DNA from: Candidatus Lokiarchaeum ossiferum
Lineage (GTDB): Archaea; Asgardarchaeota; Lokiarchaeia; Sigyniarchaeales; Promethearchaeaceae
DNA: 32,000 bases
Assembly (NCBI GenBank): GCA_025839675.1
Contig: CP104013.1
Span: 1,110,001 to 1,142,000, forward strand
Direction: 5' to 3'
The notes below the pieces were generated by a model. It was not told the DNA's origin. It saw nothing but the letters and a program-made list of their open reading frames with translations, and made no database searches. Positions within the stretch are counted from its first letter, which is position 1. Each line of letters starts with the position of its first letter. The position numbers were made by a program, and so were the translations under genes. Shown piece by piece: positions 17,681-27,300 of this stretch.

Positions 17681-17841
17681 TTTTGTAGGGTTAATACGAC
17701 CTAATTTAAATAGTTATCTGAATAATTCGCCATAGAATTTCCAGTTTTATCATGTAAGTATTGAAATAATATGTTTTTTACATTAAAGTCCAGAATTATG
17801 AATCAAAAAAAATAAAAAAGAAAGAACCTAGGAAATACGAA

Positions 17842-19113
17842 TTAATGCCGAGTTTTCAATTTTTGGAAGGATAAGATCGCGATTAGAGAGATTCCAAATA
17901 TTCCCAATAGGAATTCGAAGGAATATCCGGGAATATTTTCCAAATCAAAACCTAAGCCGTTATCATCGGATTTGGAAAGGTTATCCAAATTTTCACTAAG
18001 ATCACTGTCAGATAACAACAGTTCCATCTTATATGTTTGAGTAGTTACGTTATTTTCATCAACATCTGTCTGTTCCATCCCCAAATGAGTTAAAAGCCCC
18101 TCATCAGAATAATTTGCTATAGTTTTGAAATAATATGCATCGGTGCCATTATATTCAATAACAACAGATTTACCTTCACCACCGATTGTATAGGATGTAT
18201 CCGGCATTGTGAAGAGTGGATTAAATTCCTTAAACTGAAAATTCGATCCCATAAAGGGAGATGCAAAACCAAAGTAAGGAGGATTCGCCTGATGTTCAGG
18301 ATTAATATCAAAATGATAGGATGAGGGAAATATTTCACCCGTCTCATTTAATTCGAGATCTTCGGGCATTTCGTCATCTTCTGGCATCATATAGGCATCA
18401 GGCATCCCTTCCCATAGCATTTCTGCATCGACGGCAACCGAAAAATCTGTTAAAGATATTGATTGAATAGTACCCCGCAATTTACCTTCAGATTGATTTT
18501 CTCCGCCATTTGAATCAATAATTGTGAATTTTGCATCCCATTCTGCCCAAGAGCCTTCGGAAAAAGCAATCCACTCCAAAGATGGTGTCATAGGATTAAA
18601 ATTATTACCATCTACTATAACATCCATATCATATGAATCATTAGTGGATCCGGAGATTTTAAGATAAGACATAGAAATATCAGAAGTTGCAATAAAAACA
18701 AGAGATTTTCCCCATGTTTGTTCGGTCAAATTGTAAACAAAGAGGTTAGAAGCTTCATCAAATAACTCAAGGTTTAATGAAGACGAACTATTATATCGTA
18801 AATCGATGGTTAGTCTCTCATGATTGAGGAGCATCCCAAGTTGGTACCAATCATCATTTAAACACACAAAATTGGTATGAAATCCATAGTTTAAGACATA
18901 GGCTTCTCCCTGATTATCATTTGGTTCAGCCCAATCATCTTCTAGAGAAGGGCTACCATGCACAAAATACTGTTTTTTTTCGGTCCCACACATTTCTGAG
19001 TCAGTAAGTTTCACAACAGAAATAAATAAGATTGAGAAGAAAAACAGAGTTACAATTTTTATTTTTAGTTGATTTGTATCCACACTATACCACTTTTTTT
19101 TTGTAAACTCCAA
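17842..19113 (-). CDS. Secreted acidic protein with a C-terminal IPGYS/TM/basic anchor
   Basis: N-terminal hydrophobic signal, a D/E-rich body with many N-x-S/T sequons, and the C-terminus ENIPGYSFEFLLGIFGISLIAILSFQKLKTRH*. The start codon is uncertain (TTG at 19113, or a GTG about 10 codons downstream). Confidence 0.65.
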   Translation of the reverse strand: MEFTKKKWYSVDTNQLKIKIVTLFFFSILFISVVKLTDSEMCGTEKKQYFVHGSPSLEDDWAEPNDNQGEAYVLNYGFHTNFVCLNDDWYQLGMLLNHERLTIDLRYNSSSSLNLELFDEASNLFVYNLTEQTWGKSLVFIATSDISMSYLKISGSTNDSYDMDVIVDGNNFNPMTPSLEWIAFSEGSWAEWDAKFTIIDSNGGENQSEGKLRGTIQSISLTDFSVAVDAEMLWEGMPDAYMMPEDDEMPEDLELNETGEIFPSSYHFDINPEHQANPPYFGFASPFMGSNFQFKEFNPLFTMPDTSYTIGGEGKSVVIEYNGTDAYYFKTIANYSDEGLLTHLGMEQTDVDENNVTTQTYKMELLLSDSDLSENLDNLSKSDDNGLGFDLENIPGYSFEFLLGIFGISLIAILSFQKLKTRH

Positions 19114-19386
19114 AAGTAGAATAAAACATTCTAAATTATTAAGAAAATTAATGGAGTCTCACAAAATCAAATGATTCCTTGTAATAATAGCTTGATTCCA
19201 ATATTTTTTCTACTAAAATCTATGGTTTTATTTTCAATGTAAAACAATGAATTTTTTAAAAGCACTATCAAATTTTAAACACAATAAAAAATCTAAAGAA
19301 GATTCCACTTCAACGATGTTTTTTAAACCAATCTTTATTAATTGAAGATGGAACAAAAAAAGGAAATAAAATAATCAGAACAAATT

Positions 19387-20598
19387 TCATGAAGCAATAG
19401 GATCAGCTTCGATGGTCATGTCTGTTTTCTTTCGAGTTGGAAATGCAACACACCAAGCTACGCCCCAATCAACAATTCGTTGCACAAAATATGAGCCCAA
19501 AAAGATAAATGGAACGAACAACAAAACGATCCACAAATTAGCTTTAGTGAATAGATTAATGTTAAAGATTCTTGTTATAATCTCTGAAAAAAGGATAAGC
19601 AAGGGCCTATGAAAAAGATAAACACCAAATGTTGTATATCCGAGAGTGGAAAAGATCTTCTGGACAGATTTTTCTTTAAAAATCCTGAACAACAATCGTT
19701 TCACTAAATAGAGGATGGATAAAGAAGACATTATGAACAGTACAGCGATTAAATTCATAAGAATTACTGCAATTGCAATTTCAAAGAATCCTGCTTGTTG
19801 CATTACAAGAAAAACAATATGGGGAGTACCATGCTGTGCATTGAGATAAGTATACGCGAGGTTTGCAGTTAAGAAATATACTGGTAGACACACCAAGGCA
19901 ATAATTAGAGCAAGAAAGATAAATCCATTTTTATTCTTACTAAGTAGTTTTTCCTTCAATTTTTCAAATTCATTCGAAGTGTAAAATTTAGCGATGATGA
20001 TTCCCAAAATAAAAAAGTTGTAATATTGGAAGAACCGATATTCTACAATCCCGAAGAGTAAATTAAGTGCAACAAAAATGCCCTCAATAATTATTGCAGC
20101 AGGAATAATCTTCTTTAATGAATCCAAATAACTCAGAAATATAAAGATCAAGTAATAAAGAACAATTATTCCTATAAACCAAATGGTCCAAATCGGATCT
20201 CCTCCAAGGGGAGCAAAGAATATTTGGAGTCCAAAAACATGAGCCACCCCATAAATGAAACTTGTTTCAAAATAAGGAAATATTATAAAATAAATAGTTA
20301 AGGCAATCCAGTAGAGAGGAAAAATGCGTAGGAAACGTTTTTTGAGAAATTGTCCAATTTTTGTGGGAGAATTTAAATTTCTATTGTTTTTACTAAGGAA
20401 TAAACTAAATCCAGAGATAAATACAAAAGCACTCATTGAGTTATTGATTCCTAGAGTATGGAATAGATAACCCGTGTAAGTGCTGAAGTCTACATAAAAA
20501 GTATAACCATAATTATTTGGGATATGGATTAATACAACGACAACTAAACAACAGATGATACGAAGGATATCCAATTCAATCAAATTTTTTTTTTTCAT
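19387..20598 (-). CDS. Acyltransferase family 3 (OafA/NolL-like membrane O-acyltransferase)
   Basis: N-terminal LDILRIICCLVVVVLIH (the family's LDxLR...H motif) and about 10 TM helices across 403 aa. Confidence 0.75.
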   Translation of the reverse strand: MKKKNLIELDILRIICCLVVVVLIHIPNNYGYTFYVDFSTYTGYLFHTLGINNSMSAFVFISGFSLFLSKNNRNLNSPTKIGQFLKKRFLRIFPLYWIALTIYFIIFPYFETSFIYGVAHVFGLQIFFAPLGGDPIWTIWFIGIIVLYYLIFIFLSYLDSLKKIIPAAIIIEGIFVALNLLFGIVEYRFFQYYNFFILGIIIAKFYTSNEFEKLKEKLLSKNKNGFIFLALIIALVCLPVYFLTANLAYTYLNAQHGTPHIVFLVMQQAGFFEIAIAVILMNLIAVLFIMSSLSILYLVKRLLFRIFKEKSVQKIFSTLGYTTFGVYLFHRPLLILFSEIITRIFNINLFTKANLWIVLLFVPFIFLGSYFVQRIVDWGVAWCVAFPTRKKTDMTIEADPIAS

Positions 20599-20890
20599 TT
20601 TTTGAAAACCTCTTATTAACGGTAACGTGAATAGGCGCCCAATGAAAGTATTTCCTGAGGGCTCTTTGATATTCTATTCTATTTAGATGCTTCTGATTAT
20701 AAAGAATGTTGAACGAGAATGAAATTTTATTCACATAAATTAGCACCATTTTTATGATTCAAACGATTTTATGCAATATTTGGAATCCATGGTTCTAAAA
20801 AAGATGACCAAGAAGGAAAAACCTTTATCCACTCTTTAAATGGTGAGTTAAGTTTATAATGGGTAGTATTATTTTATGGAGGTTTTAAAA

Positions 20891-21667
20891 ATGAATATTA
20901 CACGAAAAAAATTAGCAATAATTTTAATGTCAGTCTTCGGAATAGCATTAATTGGAGGTTTAACTACAGTAATTGCCTTGAATTCAGCAGATATTAAAAT
21001 AACATTTATGGATTCAGGTGAAGAAGAAGCGATGTCGTCAATTATGATAGAAACAGGCGATACTCGGATCTATGTAGATCCATATGCAATAGATTCAAAG
21101 TATGATAAAAAGAAAGCAGATATAATATTTCTTACACATCCTCATGGAGATCATTACGATCAAGATGTTATTGATAGAATTAAGAAAGATTCAACAATAA
21201 TTGTTGCCCCCACATCATGTACTGATATTTTCACTGCAAATAATGCAACTCATGAAGTAATTGGCGTGGCTCCCAATTATACAGGAACAGCAGGTGGAAT
21301 AAGTTTTGAAGCCATTCCCGCATATAATATAAATACGGCGAACATGGGACACCTTAAATCATATAATTGGTGTGGGTATATATTTACTATTGGGGAATAT
21401 ACCATTCTTCAGACGGGGGACACCTCTTGCATTCCCGAATATGAAGATATAGCAGGTGAAATTGATATCGCCATTCTTCCTATTGGATGGGGATGCTCAA
21501 ATATGGGAACGGAAGGTTCTTTAGAAGCTGTTGGAATAATTCAACCTACACATGTCATACCAATTCATTATGGTCCTTACCCCGAAACTTTCGATGAATT
21601 TGTTGCAGGGTGTTCTACCCAATATCCAGATCTAAAAATACATAAGACCACACTTTATGTATTCTGA
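20891..21667 (+). CDS. MBL-fold metallo-hydrolase with an N-terminal membrane anchor or signal
   Basis: FLTHPHGDHYD (HxHxDH). GGAGG lies 8 nt upstream of the ATG at 20891, so I prefer it to the track start at 20876. The N-terminus is KKLAIILMSVFGIALIGG. Confidence 0.8.
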   Translation: MNITRKKLAIILMSVFGIALIGGLTTVIALNSADIKITFMDSGEEEAMSSIMIETGDTRIYVDPYAIDSKYDKKKADIIFLTHPHGDHYDQDVIDRIKKDSTIIVAPTSCTDIFTANNATHEVIGVAPNYTGTAGGISFEAIPAYNINTANMGHLKSYNWCGYIFTIGEYTILQTGDTSCIPEYEDIAGEIDIAILPIGWGCSNMGTEGSLEAVGIIQPTHVIPIHYGPYPETFDEFVAGCSTQYPDLKIHKTTLYVF

Positions 21668-22384
21668 AGTGTATTAAAGAATCTGGAATAATAACATTCT
21701 AACCTTTTTTTTCTATTTTTAATAATCAAATCCTTCATAGGTAATTCTGACCAACATAATTATCACAACCAAGAAATACTATCCAATTTATTAGCTATAA
21801 ATCAAGGTTGGAAGGTATTCTGGGAGATGGGGACATGGGAGAGCGACTTTATAAAAAAGAGGGAAGCAAAAAAAAGTAAAACCGATAAATATGGGGGAGA
21901 ATTACTTTTTTTTGATTTCACTTATTTTTGAAATTAACACAACTATGGGCAATGCAATTGTTGCCATCCAAACTGAAAAAGGAGCAGTAATTTCGGAGAT
22001 GGTCTTAATTATAGTCGGAATAATTTGAGGAGAAATCCTTTTTACCAACAAAGAAGTAAATAACCTGTTATAAATTCGAAAAAGTAACCAAAATCTCTAT
22101 TCTAAGGCAAGTTTGATTTAATATTGCATTTTTGTTATGATAAATTCCTTTTTTTGTAGACAGGGGATTAAAGTAAAAGCTTAGACTGATCATACACACT
22201 CTTTTTGAAAAATCGAATTTTACTCAAATATAAAATGACAAACCAACCATGAGGAGAAGCATAAAATTAATCTATGACGATTTATTCCCAAATTATAGGG
22301 TTAGGTTGATTTTTTCTTCATTTAAGTGAATTAGAGATATTTTAAACAAAACTAAAAATGTGATACACACTAAAAATACATACC

Positions 22385-22392
22385 TTTATATA
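22385..22392 (+). promoter_or_regulatory. Candidate TATA box upstream of the mini-ORF array
   Basis: TTTATATA lies 65 nt upstream of the first mini-ORF ATG. It is flanked by GATACAC at 22362-22368 and 22396-22402. Confidence 0.35.
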
Positions 22393-22456
22393 TTAGATAC
22401 ACCTTAATATAATTAGAAACACATCTCTAATACATAAAAAATGCGGTGCAAAAAAA

Positions 22457-22525
22457 ATGAAAACTCACACTCAAAAAACGGAAAATGTCTGGAGCTTAGT
22501 CTCAACCCGAACCCAATACTACTAA
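22457..22525 (+). CDS. Mini-ORF P1, 22 aa: MKTHTQKTENVWSLVSTRTQYY
   Basis: Member of a 5-copy tandem peptide family. Followed by a T6 tract. No obvious RBS. Confidence 0.45.
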   Translation: MKTHTQKTENVWSLVSTRTQYY

Positions 22526-22563
22526 ACTTTTTTCACACATACAACCCCTGGAGAACCTAAAAA

Positions 22564-22632
22564 ATGAAAACTCACACTCAAAAAACGGAAAATGTTTGGA
22601 GCTTAGTCTCAACCCGAACCCAATACTACTAA
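22564..22632 (+). CDS. Mini-ORF P2, 22 aa: MKTHTQKTENVWSLVSTRTQYY
   Basis: GGAG lies 10 nt upstream of the ATG. The only nucleotide difference from P1 is a synonymous GTC to GTT. Followed by a T6 tract. Confidence 0.55.
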   Translation: MKTHTQKTENVWSLVSTRTQYY

Positions 22633-22667
22633 TCTTTTTTCAAAAATACCCTTGGAGAACATCTAAA

Positions 22668-22739
22668 ATGCGAAAAAATCACACAACACAAAATATCAAA
22701 GTCTGGGAATTAGTTGCTCCTAATCCCCGCTTCTATTAA
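22668..22739 (+). CDS. Mini-ORF P3, 23 aa: MRKNHTTQNIKVWELVAPNPRFY
   Basis: GGAG lies 10 nt upstream of the ATG. The nucleotide sequence has diverged but keeps the VW-x-L-V ... aromatic-aromatic-stop pattern. Confidence 0.5.
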   Translation: MRKNHTTQNIKVWELVAPNPRFY

Positions 22740-22787
22740 AACCCCTTTTTTCAAAGATACACAAAAAAAAAAACAAAGTGAACTACC

Positions 22788-22862
22788 GTGAACACAAATT
22801 TAAAAACTTCCCGAACCGAAAATGTCTGGAGCTTTGTCTCAAACCGAACTCAATATTTCTGA
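22788..22862 (+). CDS. Mini-ORF P4, 24 aa (GTG start): MNTNLKTSRTENVWSFVSNRTQYF
   Basis: Same peptide pattern, followed by a T8 tract. It has no ATG and no RBS, so it may be decaying. Confidence 0.35.
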   Translation: MNTNLKTSRTENVWSFVSNRTQYF

Positions 22863-22910
22863 TTTTTTTTAAAAAACTACAACCTATAACACAGGAGATG
22901 CCACACTACA

Positions 22911-22967
22911 ATGAAAAAAAATACCCCATCAATCTGGAATCAAATTAGCAATAAACAGTATTTCTAG
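22911..22967 (+). CDS. Mini-ORF P5, 18 aa: MKKNTPSIWNQISNKQYF
   Basis: Shorter family member (IW-x-Q-I-S ... QYF-stop). GGAG lies 13 nt upstream. Confidence 0.4.
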   Translation: MKKNTPSIWNQISNKQYF

Positions 22968-23175
22968 TTTTTCTCCCCACTTCCTGCAATCCTCATTATT
23001 CAAGGAATATATCCTTTTCATCAATCCTTGTGCTGGACACATTTTAACCTACAATAAAAAATAAAACATACACCTTCTTTTTCCCAAAAAAAGTTAGAAA
23101 TTCAGAATTAAAAAGCATTTTTACTAATTTCTAATGAAACCCATTCATATCATTTTTTGACTTGAAAACGATTGG

Positions 23176-24084
23176 ATGAGTATGCAAGAAATTCCGATTT
23201 TTGACTCAACAAATCTTTCCGAAATAACCCAAAATATTGAAATCTTTATTAAAAATGCATTAAAACGATTGAAGAAGGATGGTGCAATAATTGGACTTAG
23301 CGGAGGATTAGATTCTGCTGTTACTGCAACCTTACTAGTGAGAAGTTTGGGATTATCGAAAGTAAAATTGTTAAACATGCCAGAAAAAGATAGTAAAAGC
23401 ATCCATCAACGTCACGCGAAACAATTAGCAAATCATCTGGGAATTAAGTTAATGAAAAGGCGAATAAATGGTCCCTTGAGAGTGAGTGGAACATATCGTT
23501 TATTGCCTCTGCGTTTCATTCCGACTCAAAAACTCCGTGCATTGTTAATAAAAGTAGGAAAAAAGCGATTTTTATCAGATGGAGATGCCCATCTATTATT
23601 GGATCGCTTTTCCTATAGGCCAAGATCTTGGATGGCTCGAGCAAATGCATATGCAATGACTAAGCATCGAATGAGGATGACTTTCATTTACAAATATGCA
23701 GACTTTTTAAATTATGCAGTTGTCGGAGCTGCGAATCGTACAGAATGGTTAACAGGAACTTTTTCAAAATGGGGAATTGATCATTGTGCAGATATCATGC
23801 CAATTATTCATGTTTATCGATCTCAATTGGATCCATTAGCGAAATATTTACAAATACCAGACTATATTCGATTTAAAGGAGCAGATCCAGATATAATTCC
23901 AGGGGATTTAAATAAAGGGGATTTATTGGGAGGATTTTCTTTAGTAGATCAAATTCTTTTCAACCTTGAAAATGGATTACCTAAGGAGAAGTTGTTTGAG
24001 AAATTTGATAAATCGAGGGTCGAGATTATCGATCAGCTATGGAAAAATTCTCAATGTATGAGGGAAATTCCCTACCATCTATAA
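23176..24084 (+). CDS. NAD+ synthetase-like PP-loop ATP pyrophosphatase (NadE family) with an internal insertion
   Basis: PP-loop GLSGGLDSAV. NadE-like blocks are KHRMRMTFIYKYAD, VVGAANRTEWLTGTFSKWGI..ADIMPI and LAKYLQIP. About 35-50 extra residues (RRINGPLRVSGTYRLLPLRFIPTQKLRALLIKVGKK...) follow the first alpha/beta unit. Confidence 0.7.
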   Translation: MSMQEIPIFDSTNLSEITQNIEIFIKNALKRLKKDGAIIGLSGGLDSAVTATLLVRSLGLSKVKLLNMPEKDSKSIHQRHAKQLANHLGIKLMKRRINGPLRVSGTYRLLPLRFIPTQKLRALLIKVGKKRFLSDGDAHLLLDRFSYRPRSWMARANAYAMTKHRMRMTFIYKYADFLNYAVVGAANRTEWLTGTFSKWGIDHCADIMPIIHVYRSQLDPLAKYLQIPDYIRFKGADPDIIPGDLNKGDLLGGFSLVDQILFNLENGLPKEKLFEKFDKSRVEIIDQLWKNSQCMREIPYHL

Positions 24085-24392
24085 TTACTGTTTTTGACAA
24101 TAAAAATTGATTATATATAGGAAATGATTAATAATTGTTATTCCCCATAATTGATTTATCACAAATCGTTTAATTTACAAGATGAAAAAATGTCAAATGG
24201 ATCTAATTTTGCTGGAACTATTATTGCCAGCATTTTAATTACATTAGTCTTAACCAGAACTAGGATGAATTTTGGGTTACCCTTAATACTTCCAAATATG
24301 ACTAGCCATTTATCGGAGTGTGCACTTACCGATGATCTTACTGATGGTTGTAGACGGAAGGACCCAAAAGTACAAAAAAATAGGAAGATGAA

Positions 24393-27300
24393 CTATTTTG
24401 AATTGTGATCATTTGAGTTCGAGTTAGAACTTTTTTTTGTTTTTGTATTCTTAACCGTTTGTTTTGCAGTCTTTACTTGTGTTTTTCTTGAAGTTTTCTT
24501 AGAAATTTTCTTTTTAAATGCAGTATCTTCTTTGGTAATTATCCGCTTTTGAGATTTTTTTTCAGTCATCGTTTTGTTTTGCAATTCGGTCTTATTTTCT
24601 ATCTTGAGGTTTTCAGATTCAGAGGGAATTTTATTCTCAACGAGATTTGTTGTGTTTGCAAGATCCTTTAGATTTTGTTTTGCAGCACTAAGTTCTTCTT
24701 TAAAGATCGAATCACTTTTAGAACTATTATTATCTCCTTTCGATTTTTTAGGTATTATCTGTATTTCGTTGTTAGCTTCCATTGTATTTATACCAATTTT
24801 CTCTTCTGGATTGGAGAAATCAGCGACTTTATTGGATCGAGGAGGTCGAATAATTTGAGTTTTATCTTCATTTTTTTCAATTTTAGAATCACCAGGCATA
24901 TCTTTCTGTTTACTCTCCTTAAAAATAGATTTCTTTTTGGTTACTGAAGATTCAGGTCCAATTCCATTTATTTTAGATGGTTTTTCCAAATCTTTGGGAG
25001 AATAAAACTTCTTTTGATGAGATTTAGAACTTTGTTTCAATTTTCCTAAACTGAATCTGCTCTTTTTTTCCTGAGATTTTGGCACTTCTTGCCTTCGAGA
25101 GACTTCATCAAGAATTTGACGATCGCTATCGGTCATCAAGATCACTTTATTTTCATCTATAGCATTTTTGGAAATATCTTCAGGTGTTATGTTGTCATAT
25201 AATCCGAAGTTCCGTTGTCTCCAAATGAGAAATACAATAGTAGATATTGAGCCAGCTAGAAGTACAGCTAAAATACTAATAATCCACCAAAGTGCTGCAT
25301 TCCCTCGATTTTCTGTTCTATCTCCAGTACCAATATCTGCATTTGGATCTTCAACCACAATTAAAACACTATCAGAAACGCTAACTCCGGAAGCAGAAAC
25401 GAGAATGCACTCAAATAAATAGGTACCTACAGTTAAATTATTCACGTTGATAGCAATTGGTTCGCCACTTTGCCATTCGCCTTCATAGATGATAACCCCA
25501 TTTTGTTTAATAATTACATTTCCAGGATTAGGAGAATTTCCATACCAAGTAATGGTTGAAGCAGTCTGATTCACATCTAAAACCACATCTTGTGGTTGAG
25601 AAATGGTTGGAGCAGGGTCTAAAACGATTACTACAACGGAGTCATATACCATCATTCCACTCGTCGAATTAAGGACGCACTCATAAAGATACGAACCAGC
25701 GATTAATCCATCAAGATCGATTGAAATGTCAAGCGAAGAAGTCCAATTATCGAGGAATATTACTTCTCCATCTTTCAAGATTTTAACTTTATCAGGTATT
25801 AAAGAGTTTCCCACCCAGGTTATGTTTTGACCAATCTGATTTATAAGAAAAGATTTATCTGGAGGATGGCTTATCTCCATATTTGGTTCTAAGACTGTAA
25901 GAATTACCGCATCATAAACAACGTTTCCAGTGGTTGTATTTAGATAACATTCATAAAGATATACACCTGGCATTAAACCATCAATGGGGAGAATGATATT
26001 TTCTGAAGAATTCCAAGGATTCTCAAAAATCAGAATATTGTCTTTAAAAATTTTAATATGATCCGGTATTGGGGACGTCCCTACCCAAGTGATATTATTA
26101 TTTAAACTCAAAACAATATAGGAACGATCCTCAGGATGTGAAATTGTGGGAGGAGGTTCTAATACTGTGATAGTGATGGAGTCATATGCAATTTCATTTG
26201 AAGTGGAATTAACATAGAGTTCAAAAGTGTATATTCCTGGATCTAAGTCAGCAATCTCGATAATAAAGGGTTCATCACTATTCCATGATGTATTAGACTC
26301 AATTAATAAACCATTCCGATAAATTAACGCAGTATCTTCTAGAGGTGTATTTACCGACCATATAATTGGATTAACAAACTCTGTAACATTGAACACCACA
26401 TCTTCTGTGGCTGTTATTATAGGATGTGTGCGAATTACTGTAACCAGAACACTATCACTTGAAAAATCACCTTGCGTTGAATTTACAAAGCACGTATACT
26501 GATAAATTCCGACTTGTAATGAATCAATATTAATTAGTATCGGAATATTGTTCTCCCATAACCCTGTTGCAATTATACTTCCATTCCGAGTTATATTGTA
26601 ATAGTTGGGATCAGTAGTATTAGCATTCCAACTGATGCTAAAACCCGTGTACCCAAAATAATAGGATACATCGCCCGTGGATGAAATATTTGGTTTTGGT
26701 TGTAAGTTATAACCATCCCACCAAATAGGAAAACGATCTTCCCCATTGGGCAATATATAATATGACATATTACCAATATAATCATCATCCCAATCATTTC
26801 CAGCAAAGTCATCCCAGTAATTTCCCATTGTACCATTATCCCATAAATTTAGAAAGCCTTCATCAACTGCATGCAATCCATTAGATGAAAAATTATTGAA
26901 ATAAATTTCACTAGATATCGCATTTGCATATAATCCAATTCCAATCCCTGTAGTATTCCAAATATAATTAGAAACAATTAAACTGTCTTGACAATCAGTG
27001 ATTATATAAATTCCAAATGCTGTATTGTTAGAAATGCTACAATTGATAATCTCATTAGAATCACAATTGCTTTCCACTTTAATCCCATATTCTGAGTTAA
27101 ATGAAATTGAATTATTATAAATTTCATTGGAATCACAGAGATCATGAAGGAAAATTCCATGTTGGTTGTTGTATGAAATATTATTATAAAGAATTTGACA
27201 ATAATCGCTATCATCATCAATCCAAATTCCATGTAAGTTGTTATAGGATATATTATTCCATTTAATGAAGGATGAATCGCTTCTTTCATTAATATAAATC

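Noticed and set aside
21899-22030. Small minus-strand ORF ending ...SVWMATIALPIVVLISKISEIKKK*.
   Set aside because: The only ATG gives 21 aa. The upstream frame is open but has no start codon or RBS. There is no paralog and no supporting context.
22457-22967. The mini-peptides considered as PqqA, mycofactocin (MftA), lasso or darobactin-type precursors.
   Set aside because: They lack the PqqA E-x3-Y motif and the MftA C-terminal GVY. They are too short for a leader plus a lasso core with a ring-forming Asp/Glu. No radical SAM/SPASM, PqqE/MftC, B-protein or lasso-cyclase gene is nearby. Only the C-terminal aromatic residues are reminiscent of these classes.
22440-22970. The ~107-bp periodic units considered as a CRISPR array or a non-coding tandem repeat.
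   Set aside because: There are no short identical repeats alternating with unique spacers. The units diverge in a way that preserves a reading frame, a peptide motif and the stop position. RBS-like GGAG precedes two units.
866-23402. Other short nested or antisense ORFs: 866-1057, 1302-1613, 3167-3409, 3312-3629, 3609-3836, 4541-4738, 5526-5723, 5642-5884, 6801-7019, 9447-9782, 9894-10169, 10030-10383, 10878-11141, 12530-12712, 16646-16849, 17113-17313, 18117-18347, 19412-19612, 23145-23402.
   Set aside because: Each overlaps a longer ORF that has recognisable family motifs or a consistent membrane-protein profile. None has a motif or an RBS of its own.
24151-24408. 85-aa TTG-start ORF (with a possible internal start giving MSNGSNFAGTIIASILITLVL...).
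   Set aside because: It has one hydrophobic segment only, no RBS, and its 3' end overlaps the stop region of the giant gene. It could be a real small membrane protein, but the evidence is too thin.
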